Below, piece by piece: positions 50,790-64,000 of a stretch of DNA of 64,000 nt (the stretch's first letter is position 1; each line of letters opens with the position of its first letter). The stretch is taken from the NCBI GenBank assembly GCA_024679065.1, contig JAGIQG010000009.1:59644001-59708000 (forward strand), in the 5' to 3' direction. This stretch comes from Sphyrna mokarran. Lineage: Eukaryota. A program made the position numbers and the translations under genes. The notes below the pieces were generated by a model. That model searched no databases. It was not told where the DNA came from and worked only from the letters and a program-made list of their open reading frames with translations.

Positions 50790-51106
50790 CGGTGGCATTG
50801 GTTTGCACAGCTGCCTCACAACACCAGTGATCTGTGTTCAATTCAGGCCTCAAGTAACTATTAATGTAGAGTTTGTACATTCTCCCCATGCCAGCATGTT
50901 TTTCTTCCAATAGACCAAAGATATGCGGTTAGGTGGATTGGCCACACTAAACGGCCCCTCCATGTCCCAAGACACGTAGGTTAGGGTAATTAACGCAGTA
51001 AATAAGTGGGGTTACAGAAAAGGGCCTAGGTGAAATGCTCTGTTGGAGAGTCAGTGCTGACTCGGTGGGCTGAATGGTCTCCTTTTGCACTTTAGAGATT
51101 CTATGA
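50790..51106 (+). mobile_element. HE1-like V-SINE
   Basis: tRNA head, V domain GAGTTTGTACATTCTCCCC, tail TGGGCTGAATGGTCTCC..GATTCTATGA. Confidence 0.8.
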
Positions 51107-52057
51107 TAACCACTCAAGAAACTGGTCCACTATGTTATTGGCCAATACCATAGACTTGCCAACATCAGCCATCTACCAAGAATAAATGAATGAATGAATA
51201 AATAAATATTCAAATTTAAAATGAATTTTTACCATAAGTTTCAAAATATTTTTGCACCCAACTAGTGGCTAAATTCCACACAACTGTACTTTCAAATTAA
51301 CATAAAATGGACAATCTTTGCCCTAATGTGCCAAAACATACTTAAACACAAGAAAGTACAATTTCCTCAAATGTCAAGTCTCCTTATATACATTTTCTTA
51401 CATACACACTTTAAAAGACAATAAGTTTAAGCCAACCTTAGCATTATATTAATAGAAACCAGTTCTTTTGGAATACTGAAGTCTGTTACCTATTCAACAG
51501 TGCCACCTGGTGCCAGAAAACTAAAACTAAACTCAAAATTGACATTTGTACCAAACCACTTGAGGCATAAAACCTTCAGAAAACCTTTATTTTTAAATGA
51601 TAACAAAAATAGCAATAAAAAAATTTCCCAGCATCATTTTCCCAGCATCATAATCCCAACATCTAGTTCATTTTAAACTGTACATAGATTTTGAATTTAA
51701 TTATCATAGTATAAATAGAAAGCATACCTAAACCCAAATCCCATCAAACCAGACTAACTTCACTTAATCACAACTTTTCCACCTTAAGCGATCAAATCAT
51801 TACCTACTGCAGCAGAGTTAACATAAAATCTAGCCTTTTAAATAGTTCCATATCCCCTCACACATTTGTGACCTGCATTTATTACACAGCCTTACAAACA
51901 TAGAAAGCTGAACAATATGAAAAATGTTTTGAACAATTAATTCAAATTTGAGTAGTTTGCAAAATATTAATATTTACAGTTTGTGCATTGATTATTGCAA
52001 CAACAAAAAATGGCTCAAACAACCTTCAAGACTGTTTTTAAAAAATAATTTCCTTAC

Positions 52058-52145
52058 CATTTTCAACTTTGCTTTTTGGATGGGGTCCACTAAAAGCCAG
52101 AAACTTGCCATTGATGATCCAGTTAATATCACCATTTTCTACACG
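52058..52145 (-). CDS. CDC14A: CDC14A-like exon
   Basis: 88 bp, AG/GT-bounded: [29 protein letters not shown](G). Confidence 0.97.
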
Positions 52146-52623
52146 CTGCAGAAAAAAATTCTCATCACAACCAAGGCTTAGGTGATGTCGTTTAGAGATT
52201 TAAAGTTCTCTGTGTTGCATATGAGAAACACAAATCCAATGGAAGGTATACATATGTGTATTTCGACATTCAGCAGCCAGAATGATTAGCTATACCAGTT
52301 ATGATTTCCACAGAATTTCTGACTGATGATATATTGTTCAGAGGATAGGCATTACAGGAGGTTAAATGGAAACATGAGGTTGAAAACACATTAGTACATA
52401 GTCAAGACAGGCCACAACCAAAGACGTTCTGTACAGGCTCCAAGAATCGATTGGGAACCCATCCAGAGAGAAAATGAATCAGTCTCTATTATACCAGTCC
52501 CCTTTAATAAATTACATCCACCATTAATTCAACATTTTCCTTCAAACAAATAAAACATGAATTAATTTTCTACAGAAATAAAAACAACAATTAATCAAGT
52601 ACACCAAATGGGGGAGAACTTGC

Positions 52624-52686
52624 CTCATAGTGTTCATATTCATCCACATCAAATTTTTCAAAATTAAGAAAGCCATGTTGGATGGC
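52624..52686 (-). CDS. CDC14A: CDC14A-like exon with GC donor
   Basis: 63 bp: AIQHGFLNFEKFDVDEYEHYE; acceptor tttttcag, donor GAG|GCAAGT. Confidence 0.95.
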
Positions 52687-52789
52687 CTGAAAAATAGTTA
52701 ACAATTGTTTTACATCTTTCAAATGTTAATCAAGTCAAAAAATAAGATAGCTACAAAAATGTAAAAGCATAGCATGCTGGGTAAACTAC

Positions 52790-55700
52790 ATAGAACTTTA
52801 GAAAGCAGAAGGAGGAGTGGATCATTTGGTCCTTCAAAACTGCTCTGCTATTCATGACAACTGCTGCAGCAGCAGCAGCACCGACCTCCCGCGCATTCTC
52901 CTCTGATCCCTTTGGCTCCCAGAACCAGATTTAAATTCCCTCTTGAAAACAAACAATGCTTTAGCCATAACCACTTCCATGTGGTGAAGAATTCCACAGA
53001 TTCACCACCCTCTAGGTAAATAAATTTCCCCTCAGTCCTAAACCCCATTTTCTCAGACTGTGACCTCTGGTTCTGGACTCCCCCACCAATGGAGGATCTC
53101 ATTGTTAGAATTTTATAGGTTTGTATGAGATCCCCCTTCATTCTTCTAAACTCTAGGGAATATAACGCTAACCAACTCAATCATTTTTCCTACATCAGTC
53201 GCATCAGCCCAGGAATCAGTCTGGTAAATCTTCACTGCATTCCCCCCATTGAAAAAACATCCTTCCTCAGATAATGTGATTAAAACTGCATGCAGCAATC
53301 CTAAAATTACCTGGATCCACATCTTAACTGCTGTAAGGTACAGGGCTAAGGGCTGGGTATAGAAAGGTGAGATTAGAAAGGATACCTGCTGTCCTAGGGC
53401 TAGCACATACAAGATGGGCTGAATGGCCTCCCATCTGTAACTTATGTGTGGTCTCACCAAGGCCCTATAACAAAATACAGCAAAACATTGCTGCTCCTGT
53501 ACACAAATCTTCTCGCTATGAAGGCTAACACACAATTTGGCTTCTTCTGCACCTGTATGCTTACTTGCGGCAATTGATGTACAAAGTCACGTAAGTCTCA
53601 CCTGTAAACTGTATATTCTTCTCTCAATCTAAAGCCGGTTAATAGTCGGTCTTCCTGTTTTATAGTGGATAACCTCATATTTATCTGCATTACGCCATGC
53701 ATTTGTCTGCTACCTCAGCTTATCCAAATCACACAGAAGCATGTCTGCATTCTCCTCTCAGCTCAACATCCCACTCAACTTTGTCTCGTTTGCAAATTTG
53801 GAGATATTGCATTTAGTTCCCTCACCTAAATCATTTATATTTACTAAATAGCTGGGATCCCCCAGCACTAATTCCTGTGGAATTCCACTCCCCCCACATC
53901 ACTGTTTGCAATTTGGAAAAAATACGATTTATTTCTGCTCTTACCTGAATACCTCTTTCCATCTCAATACACTGCTCCCTATCCCATTGCTTTAATTTTG
54001 TATGCTAATCTCTTCCGTGACCTTGCCTAAAGTCTTCTGAAAATCCAAATGAACCATATCCAATGACTCCCCCTCATCAACTCTACTAGTTACGACAAAA
54101 GAATTTCAATATATTTGTCAAGCATCATTTTCCTTTTGTTAAGTCCATGCTGATTCCGTTGATCCTACCACCATTTTCCAAGTGCTATTAAATCTTTTAT
54201 AATCAACTCTAGCATTTTCCCTATTAGCTACATTAGGTTGACTTGTCTATAACTCTGTTTCCTCTCTACCTCCCTTTTTAAGTTGCATGGTTACATTAGC
54301 TTTCTTCCAATCCACAGGAACTGTTCCGAGACTATAGAACTTTTGAAGATGACCACCAATGCATCCACTATTTGTAGGGTTACTTCTTTAAGTACTCTAG
54401 GATATAGATGACCAGGCCCCTGGGAATTTATTGAACTTCAATCCCACCAATTTTCCTACTAATGTTGATTTCCTTCAAGTCCTCCCTCCCACTAAGTCCA
54501 GCATTTCCCAACATCACTGGTATATTGATTCTGTCTTCACAAACACAAATAATGTATTTAGTTGGCCACCCATTTCTTTGTTCCTTAATCTTTATCTTTT
54601 CACATATTTCTAGAAATTTCTATAATCAGTTTTTATCTCCCACACAAGCTTACTCTCATACTCATTTCTTCTTCTTAATTAGACCCTTTGTCTCCTTTTT
54701 TGCTTCTTCCAATCCTCAGGTTTGCTATTATTTCTGGCCAATTTATATGCTTCTTCCTTGGACCTAATAGAATCTCTAATTTCTCTTGGAAGCCATTTTT
54801 GGCCACTTTTCACATTTAATTTCTGCACTAGACAAAAACAAACAATTGTTGCAGTTCACCCATGCATTATTTGTTAATGCTTGTCCATCATTCTTTTAAA
54901 CAACATTCTCCAATCCATCATAGCCAACTTGTACCTCTTACTAACATAGTTTCCTTTATTTAGAATCAGAGTCCTAGTCTTGATGAAAAATACTATCACG
55001 TAATGGTTGCTAATCCCCAAGGGACCTCGCACAACTAGAGTGCCAATCATCCCTTCCTCAATACACAATGCGCAGTCTGGGATGGTCTTGTTCTGTAGTT
55101 AATTCCTCAACATACTGGTCCACAAAACCACATTGTTTAGCTTTGTTGGTTGGACAGCTGGTTAGTGATGCAACAATGTGGATTCAATTCCTGTACTGGC
55201 TAAGTTGTTCCACTTCTCAACCTTGGCCCTTGCCTGAGATCTGGTGATCCTCGGGTTAAATTACCACTTATCAGCTCTCCTTTTCAAAAGGAGAGAGCAG
55301 CTTATGGTCATCTGGGATTATGGTGGCTTTACATACTCCAGGAATTCCTCCTCTCTGGCATTGTTACTAATTTGATTAGCTCGATCTATCTATATGCCAA
55401 TTAACGTCATCACATAGTTACAGAAGTTCTTTTATCACATGCATCTCTAGTTTCTTGTTTAACACCACTTCCAGCATCACCAGTACAGTTTGGGAGTCTA
55501 TATACAACCTCCACTAATGTTTTTTTGCCTCTGTGTTTCTCAGCTGTACCCATTCTGATTCCATATCATTGGAAGCAAATATCCTTCATCAGTGTTGCAT
55601 TAATTTCCTTTTTAACCAACAGTGCAATCCCAACATCCTGCTAAATACTGCTGAATGTTCAGTTCCTGTCCCTGGTCACCCTAAAACCATGTCTCCTTAA

Positions 55701-56750
55701 TCCCAACTATATCATTCTACTGTACACCTATTTTCACAATTAAGTTATCCACTTTATTGCTAATGTGCCACACATTAAAACAGAGCTTGAATGCTTACCT
55801 TTTTAACATTCTTTGTCCCACTCCGATTACTTTTCACAGTGGCCCTGTTTGTTTCCGGCCCATCACTTTTCTTGCTCCCTTTTCCTTACTTTCCCCTCCT
55901 CGGACTCCTTGCATAGGTTCCTATTCCCCTGCTATTTTAGTTCAAACCCTCCCCAATCATTCAAGCAAATACTCCCTCCTCCAAGACATCAGTCCCGGTC
56001 CTGCCCAAGTGCAACTTGTCCAGTTTGTACTGGTCCCAAAATCCTGAGAATCTGAAATCCTCCCCCTTGCATTTATCTTAAGCCATTTCTGATCTGACCA
56101 GCACATGGCACTGGTAATAATCCTGAGGTTAATACCTTTTGATGTCCTACTTATCAATTTGCTTAACTCCCAATATTCTGTTTATAGGACTTTTTTTTAA
56201 AGCCCATGATGTTCGTATCAATGTGATCATGACCACTGTTCGACCTTTGCCTCCAGAATGTCCTGTAGTCAGACACTAGGCAAGGAGCATTGCATCCTGG
56301 AGTCTCATTTATGGCCACAGAAGACACCCTTGCAATTGAATCCCCTGTAACTATTACATTCCCGTGCTTTTTTCTCCTTTCCAATGTAGCACAGCCAATA
56401 GTAGTGTAACTTGCTGCTTTCTGAAGAGGCTAATCCCCCAATAATATCCAAAACAATATATCCCCAGAAGATTCCTGCATTGCCTACCCCACTTGCTCTA
56501 CCTGGTGGTCACTCATTTTCTTCCTGTCTCTTAAGTTTGCAAGGTGACCACTTCTTTATATGTGCTATCCACAATACTCTCTGCCTTGCAGATGCTCCAG
56601 TGCCACCAGCTGCTATTCCAGCTCCAAAACTTGACTTCCAGGAGCTGCAGCTGGAGACATGTCCTGCACACATGCTGTCATCAGGCACTGGAAATGTTCC
56701 CACATATAACAGGAGGGGCACTCCATAGCTCTGTGTTCTCCTGCTCATCA
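52790..56750 (-). mobile_element. Near full-length degraded CR1 LINE (ORF1 Zn-finger/esterase + ORF2)
   Basis: ORF1 remnants CSSW (56509..56751) and VIVTGDSIAR (56163..56384); ORF2 remnants PLGISNH and LYSLEFRRMKGDLI; internal SINE/tail insertions. Confidence 0.85.
55135..55332 (+). mobile_element. Short tRNA-derived SINE inserted in CR1
   Basis: B-box-like GGATTCAATTCC and a distinct non-CR1 body interrupting the CR1 sequence. Confidence 0.5.
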
Positions 56751-57314
56751 ACTCAAACTTATTTTAAAAAGCATCCAGTTAGCTTTTTTTGAATAACGTG
56801 CATCTTTCACACACAAATGGGAGAACATCACAGTCAGTTTGAAGACGAAACAACACGCTAATCTCAAATTTACAGATATACAATTGTACGTTGTGGAAGT
56901 AGGAAGACAAAGCTTTAGACTTTAAACCAATTAATAATTTTAGGTCTGTTAATACCACTTAGTGGAGGATATCCAGCTGCAAGGTTTTATTTGAATTTAG
57001 AAAATGGCATTCAGTTTCCTATTGGGGTTGGATATCATGGTCCTAAAGAAAGTTTGGAAGAGAAACATTGAAATTACACATGACTGAGCGCCCCAGGACT
57101 ATGAGGATAAGATCAGAAAACTGGGACTTCAGTATTGAAAGTTCCATGTTTGGAGAAAACAGAGCACTCTGTTTTCAGCTTACTTCTACCACTGGGGTGT
57201 TCACAAAATGCTTATTTTTGATCCCCTCTTTCTGAGCCCAAGTCAATTATCTGATGCAATTGATGAGAAACAAAAAAAAAAGACTGCCCATGCCTGAAAT
57301 GATGGGCCACTAAC

Positions 57315-57381
57315 CTGATTGATTGCATGTAAACAATCGAGAATGGTTAAGTGATAGGTAGAATTTCCAAAGGAGGCATCC
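57315..57381 (-). CDS. CDC14A: CDC14A-like exon (N-terminal DSP domain); upstream exons probably lie beyond the window
   Basis: 67 bp, AG/GT-bounded: (R)DASFGNSTYHLTILDCLHAINQ; phase-compatible with the next exon. Confidence 0.95.
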
Positions 57382-58584
57382 CTACAAAATAAAAGAAAAA
57401 TTAAGCAACGTTCTTATAACGACGTCATCAATTTACTTCAGAAATAGCGGTACTTCAAAATAGTTTTAAATAGCTCACATAGAATCAAAAAAGGTAGGCA
57501 TTAGGGTCCAACATTCCATTAGCTTATTCATTGTCGGTCATAAAATTCAGAAGTTAACAGCTCATTGAATTCTGTGTTGACTTGATGACTCAATAAGCAA
57601 ATGCAACATAGATTCGGCACTAATTTAACAGACCACAAATGTCTCAGGTTCAAAACAATTCCATTTAATTAGCTGATCATGGAGGGTACTGTCTGGATAT
57701 GACAATAATCAGTTGCGTTTCCCGTTCACTATCCAATAAACCCTGCTGGATAATGGGCATGTGTCAGTCTAGGGTGATTATAGGATCAGACTTGAGCGAC
57801 AATGTTTTCCGCAAATGTCTCTTCAACTACCAATGTCCAGACTCATGTGAAGAATGACCAAGTATCAGAAGACTTCCAGTTCTCATGATACTCTAAGACT
57901 CAAATTTCAGGAAAGTAGAGGACAGAAGGAAGAAAAATGAAAATGGAATTTAGTGCAAAATTGAAATGGAATTATAGCCACAAAATAAAAAGACTACAGA
58001 TGTTAGAAATCTAAAATAAAAAGTGGTAAAAATATTTAGCACCATCTGTGGAGAGAGCTGAAAATGACATCTGATTCAAAATGTTAACTGTTCCTCTCTC
58101 TACCGACGATCCCAATCCTGATTACTTCCATCACTGTTTTTATTTTCTGTTGCACCATATTTCATTACAAATGCAAAATAACTATCAAAAAATGAAATCA
58201 GTCCAATTTGGCACCTGCAATTATCTAGATAAGCACAGGTCAGACTATCAACTAAAATCAAAACTGTGTTCTAGATTGATCTAGATCCAAGACTACATGA
58301 ACAACCTAATGAGAAATCAAGTAGTTTTTATCTTATAGAAATAGTTTATGCCTTGGCTAATTTTCACACAAGTTAAATTAAGAAAACATTTTGCCTTATA
58401 TCAGAGTAATCAATGCCAGAACTAAAAACAAGAGCAATTCATTAATATTAAATTTTCAATGGTTGGAAAACTAGTAAAAAGGTATTTTCCAGAGAAATCT
58501 TACTAAAATATGAATTTGCATTTTTACATTCTTAGCTTAGCACATTTCTAGTCTTTTTCTCAAAGTAGGATTCTTAATTATTCC

Positions 58585-58910
58585 AAGGTAATAGAACCCT
58601 GCAGTGCAGAAAGAGGCCCTTTGGCCCATCGAATTTTGCATCGACCACAAAGCCAAACAGGCCCTATTCCCACTAATCCCTCTAACCTCCACATCCCAGA
58701 ACACGAAGGAGCAATTTTTAGCATGGACAATCAACCTAACTCACACATCTTTGGACTGTGGGAAGAAAGCGGAGCACCCGGAGGAAATCCACGCAGACAC
58801 GACGAGAATGTGCAAACTCTACACAGACAGTGACCCGAGCCAGGAATCAAACCCAGGTCCCTGGGGCTGTGAAGCAGCAGTGCTAACCACTGTGCTACTA
58901 TGCCACCCAT
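58585..58910 (-). mobile_element. HE1-like V-SINE
   Basis: ORF 58731..58913 (IVAQWLALLLHSPRDLGLIPGSGHCLCRVCTFSSCLRGFPPGAP) is the usual pseudo-translation of a V-SINE head and V domain. Confidence 0.88.
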
Positions 58911-59225
58911 CATTCAGCCGCATCTTAGGCAATGAATTTACTAAAGAGCAGGAAGTCCACCTGTCACCCAATTCTACCTCAGCCAAAAGAAAGACTGAAC
59001 CTAGTATTGTTGCCATTATTCTGAACCACACACTATCCATCCAGTCAACTGAGCTAACCAACGCTCAGGGTTCTCATGCTAACTCAAGCCAATATTACAG
59101 AACAATATTGTTGCTGATTTCTTCAAACTGAACAATCTTGTTCTCTCTAACATTAGAGATCAACTAAGGAACTATAAAGAGCCTCCATGAATTCAGGTTC
59201 CCAACATTTTATTTCAAAACTTCAC

Positions 59226-60191
59226 TTTTTTTTTTAAGCAACACAGCACGGGAAACAGGCCCTTCGGCCCAACGAGCCCGCGCCGCCGTCATACTATATA
59301 GTAGCAAATCCATTATCCTATTTTAATATTCCTGTATAATAATATATATATTATTCCTAATATGGAAAATTCTCACCATAGGGACAATTTGTTTCCCAAT
59401 CAGCCTAAGAGCGAATTTTTGGGTTGTGGGAGGAAACCGGAGTGCCCGGAGAAAACCCACGCAACCACGGGGAGAACGCGCAAACTCCCGCAGACACCGG
59501 CCCAATTCCAAGTGTCTGCACAGCCACATCGATAGTCTCTGAGCTGTCATGGTGCCCTTCAGATGGTCCACATAAAGCACTCATTTACGACATGAGGTAC
59601 CAGGCAACCCATGAATCAACATCCAAGAGCCGTACCCGCACCACCTGCCGAATGCATGCTCAATGTTGGTCAAGTATGGACCGAATTACCTGTGGAAAAA
59701 AGCCGTAGTTAAACAGTCCTAACATATCCCTCTATCTGCATACCGCTCATGTGGCTGTCCAAGAGACCCTTAAACAGCCCCAGCGTGCCTGCTCCCACCA
59801 CCTTACTCAGCAGTGCATTCCACACCTCCACTACCCTTTGTGTGAAAAACTGCCCTCTAATATTCGTCCTATACATAGCCCCCCGCACCCTATGGCCATG
59901 ACCCCTCGTCCTATCCATTTCTAAAGGTGGAAAAAGTTTACCTCCATTTACTCTATCTATACCCCTTATAATCTTATACACCTCTATGAGATCCCCTCTA
60001 AGCCGACATCTTTCAAGGGAAAACAACCCCAGTCTATCTAATCGTTCCTCATAAGACCGTCCTTCCATACCAGGCAGCATCCTGGTAAACCTCCTCTGCA
60101 CTCTCTCCAAGGACTCCACATCCTTCCGATAGTACGGCGACCAGAACTGGGCACAGTATTCCAAGTGAGGCCTAACCAAAGTTCTATACAA
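59226..60191 (-). mobile_element. Young 5'-truncated CR1 LINE with long 3' UTR containing a V-SINE domain
   Basis: Uninterrupted 160-aa ORF2 C-terminus (59709..60191), CpG-rich, poly(A) at 59226-59235, V domain at about 59385-59495. Confidence 0.9.
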
Positions 60192-60532
60192 CTTCCTCTA
60201 CTATTGACACTCAAACAAAATATACAAGAAGCACCCCAGCAACTTGCCATGGCTCTTCAACAGTATCTCAAAACTCAATCTCTAACAGAGAACAAGGGCA
60301 GAAGACACATTGGAAACACCACTGCCCATAGACTTTCCTCCAATTACACTGCATTCTGTCTTCAGAGTATAACTACTGTCCCTTCACTATCGCAGGATAA
60401 AAATTATAGAAATCTCTTCCTAATGGCACTTTTCGGATAACTAGATCAAATGGAGTACAACAGTTCATCACCATCTTCTCACAATCAATCAGGGACTGGC
60501 AGTATGAAAACAAAAAAAAAATGCAGGTCTGG

Positions 60533-60668
60533 CAGCAGGTTAAAGTCCAGCAGGTTTATTTGGTAGCACAAGCTTTTGGTGCGCTGCTCCTTCATTAGGT
60601 AAGGGCAAGTTGGGTTCATAAACATGGAATATATAAACACAAACTCAATTACAAGATAATGGTTGGAG
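60533..60668 (-). mobile_element. PLE pseudo-LTR fragment with degenerate hammerhead
   Basis: Reverse complement CTTACCTAATGAAGGAGCAGCGCACCAAAAGCTTGTG; homologous to 44760-44900. Confidence 0.75.
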
Positions 60669-61164
60669 ATCATCAGGAATTGAATATACTCGTCCGATTA
60701 GATCTGTACAAAAGACAGCTCATGCAATTAGATCTGTACAGACTTGAATATGCTCGTATGAACCATGTAAAAGACTACTATAACAGGCCAACTTTGAGCA
60801 GGTCCTTCTGGTCACTCCCATTGGTCATTGTAAGTGCAAAATAAAGTAATAGTATGTGGATTTAACACAAGATAGATTGTTCTTTAAACATTTTCTTTAA
60901 CAAGAATTTGATACGGAAGTTTGGGCGCTGTTGTCATGTCTAGGTGATTGTAGGCATTATATCTTCAGGAGGAATCAAGATGGACTTTCCACAGAACACT
61001 TTTAGCTGAAAACGGTTGCAGAAGTTGTCTTTTGCATTGATGTTGGGTTTCCCCATCATTGAGGTGGGGATATTTGTGGAAACTTCTCCTCCAATTAGTT
61101 ATTTAATTGTCCACCACCATTCATGGACTAGATGTGGCATCACCGCAGGGTTTTGATAGAAACA

Positions 61165-61465
61165 AAAACATGCAAGAGTAAACTATATGGCCCTTTGAGC
61201 CTGTTTTGCCATTCATTTTGATCATGGCTGAACATCAAATTCAATATTCTTTCCTCCCATATTTCTGTAGCCCCAAGAGCCGTATCTAATTTTTTCTTGA
61301 AATCACAGTGTTTTGGCCTCAACTACATTCTGTGGTAGTGAATTCCACAAATAGTCAGCCTCTGGGTGAAGAAGTTTCTCCTCACCTCAGTTCCAAAAGG
61401 TTTATCCTTCATTCTCAAACCATGAGCCCTAGCTCTGGACTCCCCCAGCACTGAGAACATTGTTT
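61165..61465 (-). mobile_element. CR1 3' end fragment
   Basis: Reverse-strand NFFTQR..LWNSLPQ-type ORF2 end and CR1 3' UTR. Confidence 0.7.
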
Positions 61466-63139
61466 GTAGGTTTGCTCAATTCTTTATCACATGCTGCTTC
61501 TGCTATTTGGCATGAAAGTTGCCCTGTGCTGTTTGTAGATTCATCAGGGTGACATCTCATTTTTAGACATTCTTAATGCTACTCCTGATACATTTTCTTA
61601 CAGTGTTATTAATTGGAGTTTGGTTTTATAGTGATGGTAGAGTCAGCAACACACTCAGGGGATCACAAATTGGAGTTGAATGCAATTCTATTGCTGATGA
61701 CCCACTGTGCTTTATAAATGTCCAATTGTGAGCTTCTAAATTTTTCTGAATCTATCCCATTTAGCACAGTTGTACTGCTTCACAATGAAGGTTATCCTGT
61801 TTGAAGATGGAACATAAACTTCAAAGACTTGCAATAGTCACTTACAATACTGTCTTCAATAGAGGTACCTGGACTAGTAACCTGCAGGTGCAGGTTTTTT
61901 CCTCATATTGGCTCTCACATCATCTACTGCAGCCCAGTCGGACAGAACCGTCCAAGCACTTGTGATGAGAGCCATCACACATTGGATTTAACAGTATCTC
62001 AGAATCTATTATACACTAAGGTCAAACAAGTGTATGTTGACTTCATGTTTGATCTGACGTCCTGAGGTTTCAGGAGGTCCAGAGATAATATTGAGCAAAT
62101 TGCTCTTACCTATATACCACTGCATCGCAACCAAGGTAGATGGAAATGTGGAATTTAAAACACAAACAGGTCAACCGTGATTTTATTGGTGGAGCAGGCT
62201 TGAGGGGCTTAATTTGTTCTGTTCCCGTTTCACGTGTTCATCTGTGCTGGATCTGTCCTGTTAGTGACTGGCACATTGGCTGTATGTTACAATTCTAAAA
62301 CAGTGACCATGTCAGGCTGTCACTTGACAAATCTTTGGATCAACTCTCCTAATTTTATCAGAAGCCCCAAAATATTAACAAGGAAGATTTTAGAGCATCC
62401 TGGTTTAATGCCAGGTTGCCTGTTGAGTTATATTCCTTTTTGACTTAAAAGGGAAAAGACATTAGTGAGGCAGTTGAGTTTCAATTCCAGATTTTTGACT
62501 GTCATGGGATTCAAACCCAGCGTCCCTAGGATATTAAGCCTTGGATTCTGGATTATATGTCTAGTAACATTATCATTCTCTTCCCTTAGCAAAGTCAGTC
62601 TTGCAGGATGAGTTCCTAGCATGAATTCAGGACGATTTCCTAGAAAACTACATGTGGAATAAGCCAAGGAGTAGATTACTTGAGACAAAACAGAGCAGAA
62701 AGAGGCAGATTAAAGAGCTCATAGGAAAAGGATCCTTTAGGAAAGGCTGATCGTAACATGCTAGAATTTCAAATCAGCCGGAGGGGGAGAAATTTATGGC
62801 ACTAGTTTCAGCTTCAATAATAGGCAATTACAAAGGTATGACAATAAAAATAGGTTAAAAGACTAAAATGGCAGAAAAGAAGTGGCAGATTTTTCGTAAA
62901 TAGTAAACATATTCAACTGAAAAAGAAAGATGGAGATGATCACACTCTAAGGGTATGAAATTAAAAGGCATACAATGCTGTGAAGACCTGAAGAACAGGA
63001 AAATTTTAGAAACCAGTAAAAGGATAAAAGAAAAATTGAGTAAACTGGTAATATGTATGACAACAGGCAGCAAGAGCTTCCACAAGCATGTAGAAAAGAT
63101 TGAAGAACCAGAAGTAAATATTGATCCCTTAGGGTATGT

Positions 63140-64000
63140 TGATTTTTAATTTGATTTATTGTCACATGTATTACTGTACGCAGTGAAGTTTCTTGCGCGC
63201 TATATAGACAAAGCACACCATACAGAGAAGAAAAGGAGAGAGTGCAGAATGTAGTGTTACAATCATAACTAAGGTGCAGACAAAGATCAACTTAACATGA
63301 AGAAAGTCCATTCAAACATCTGATAGCAGCACTGAGGAAGTTGCTTTTGAGTCGGTTGACACGCGTCCTCAGACTTCTGTATCTTTTTCACGATGGAAGG
63401 TGGAAGAAAACATTCAGAGTGAATGGGATCTTTGATTATGCTGACTACTTTTTCAAGGTAGTGGGAAGTGTAGACAAAGTCACTTGATGGGAAACTGGTT
63501 TGTGTGATGTACTGGGCTTCATTCACAAGCCTTTGTAGTTTTTTTTTTGCAATTTTGGATAGAGCAGGAGCCATACCTAACTGTGATACAACCAGAAAGA
63601 GTACTTTCTACAGTGCATCTGTAAAAGTCGGAGAAAGTCATTGTAGGCATGGCAAATTTCCTTGGCCTCCTGAGGAAGTAGAGGCATTGGTGGGCTTTAA
63701 CTATAGTGTTGGCGTGGAGACCAGGTTGCTGATGATCTGGACGCTCAAAAACTCGAAGCTCTCAACCATTTCCATTTTGCCTTTATTGATGTAAATGGGG
63801 CATTTCCTTAATTTGATGACTATCTCCTTTTTGTTTTGTTGCTATTGAGGGAGAGATCATCATTCCAGTTCATGATATTCACGTTTTTCTGTCTTCCGTC
63901 CTGTCATTGTTTGAGAGGGTTAATGTCATCAGCAAATTTGAAAAGAGGTTCAGGACACAGCTTTGTGGAACACTGGTGTTCTGCATAATTGTAGAGAAGG
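63140..64000 (-). mobile_element. Rex1/Babar-type LINE 3' end
   Basis: ORF 63287..63574 KKLQRLVNEAQYITQTSFPS..IIKDPIH is typical of Rex1 RT C-termini; reverse-strand KFADD near 63925-63940; AATAAA-containing tail near 63150. Confidence 0.75.

Noticed and set aside
60697-60740. ATTAGATCTGTACA direct repeat, CRISPR-like spacing
   Set aside because: Only two copies in eukaryotic DNA; a local duplication.

Overview
Vertebrate nuclear DNA, very probably from a shark (HE1/V-SINEs, SacSINE-like Deu-SINEs, abundant CR1, Penelope-like elements, CpG depletion). The only host gene is a minus-strand CDC14-family (CDC14A-like) dual-specificity phosphatase. Six exons are solid (57315-57381, 52624-52686, 52058-52145, 49893-50123, 41638-41776, 31131-31293), one intron is GC-AG, and three further micro-exons are candidates. 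The ORF track shows none of these exons in frame; most of its other ORFs are repeat fragments or noise. The rest is intronic or flanking sequence dense in transposons. The standout is a decayed endogenous retrovirus (797-8950) nested in a Penelope-like element. It has LTRs, a tRNA-Pro PBS, two zinc knuckles, a DTG protease, RT and tether+RNase H; integrase is deleted. Its Env looks like the long F-protein type (paramyxovirus F/foamy TM-like), making it lokiretrovirus-like rather than a gamma/epsilon ERV or a foamy virus. Also notable are Penelope-derived fold-back mini-elements with hammerhead ribozyme motifs and TSDs, a young CR1 with a V-SINE domain in its 3' UTR, and a cluster of three E-boxes plus a D-box. 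All homology calls come from manual translation and recalled motifs; no searches were run. Repeat boundaries are approximate unless TSDs or TIRs are given.
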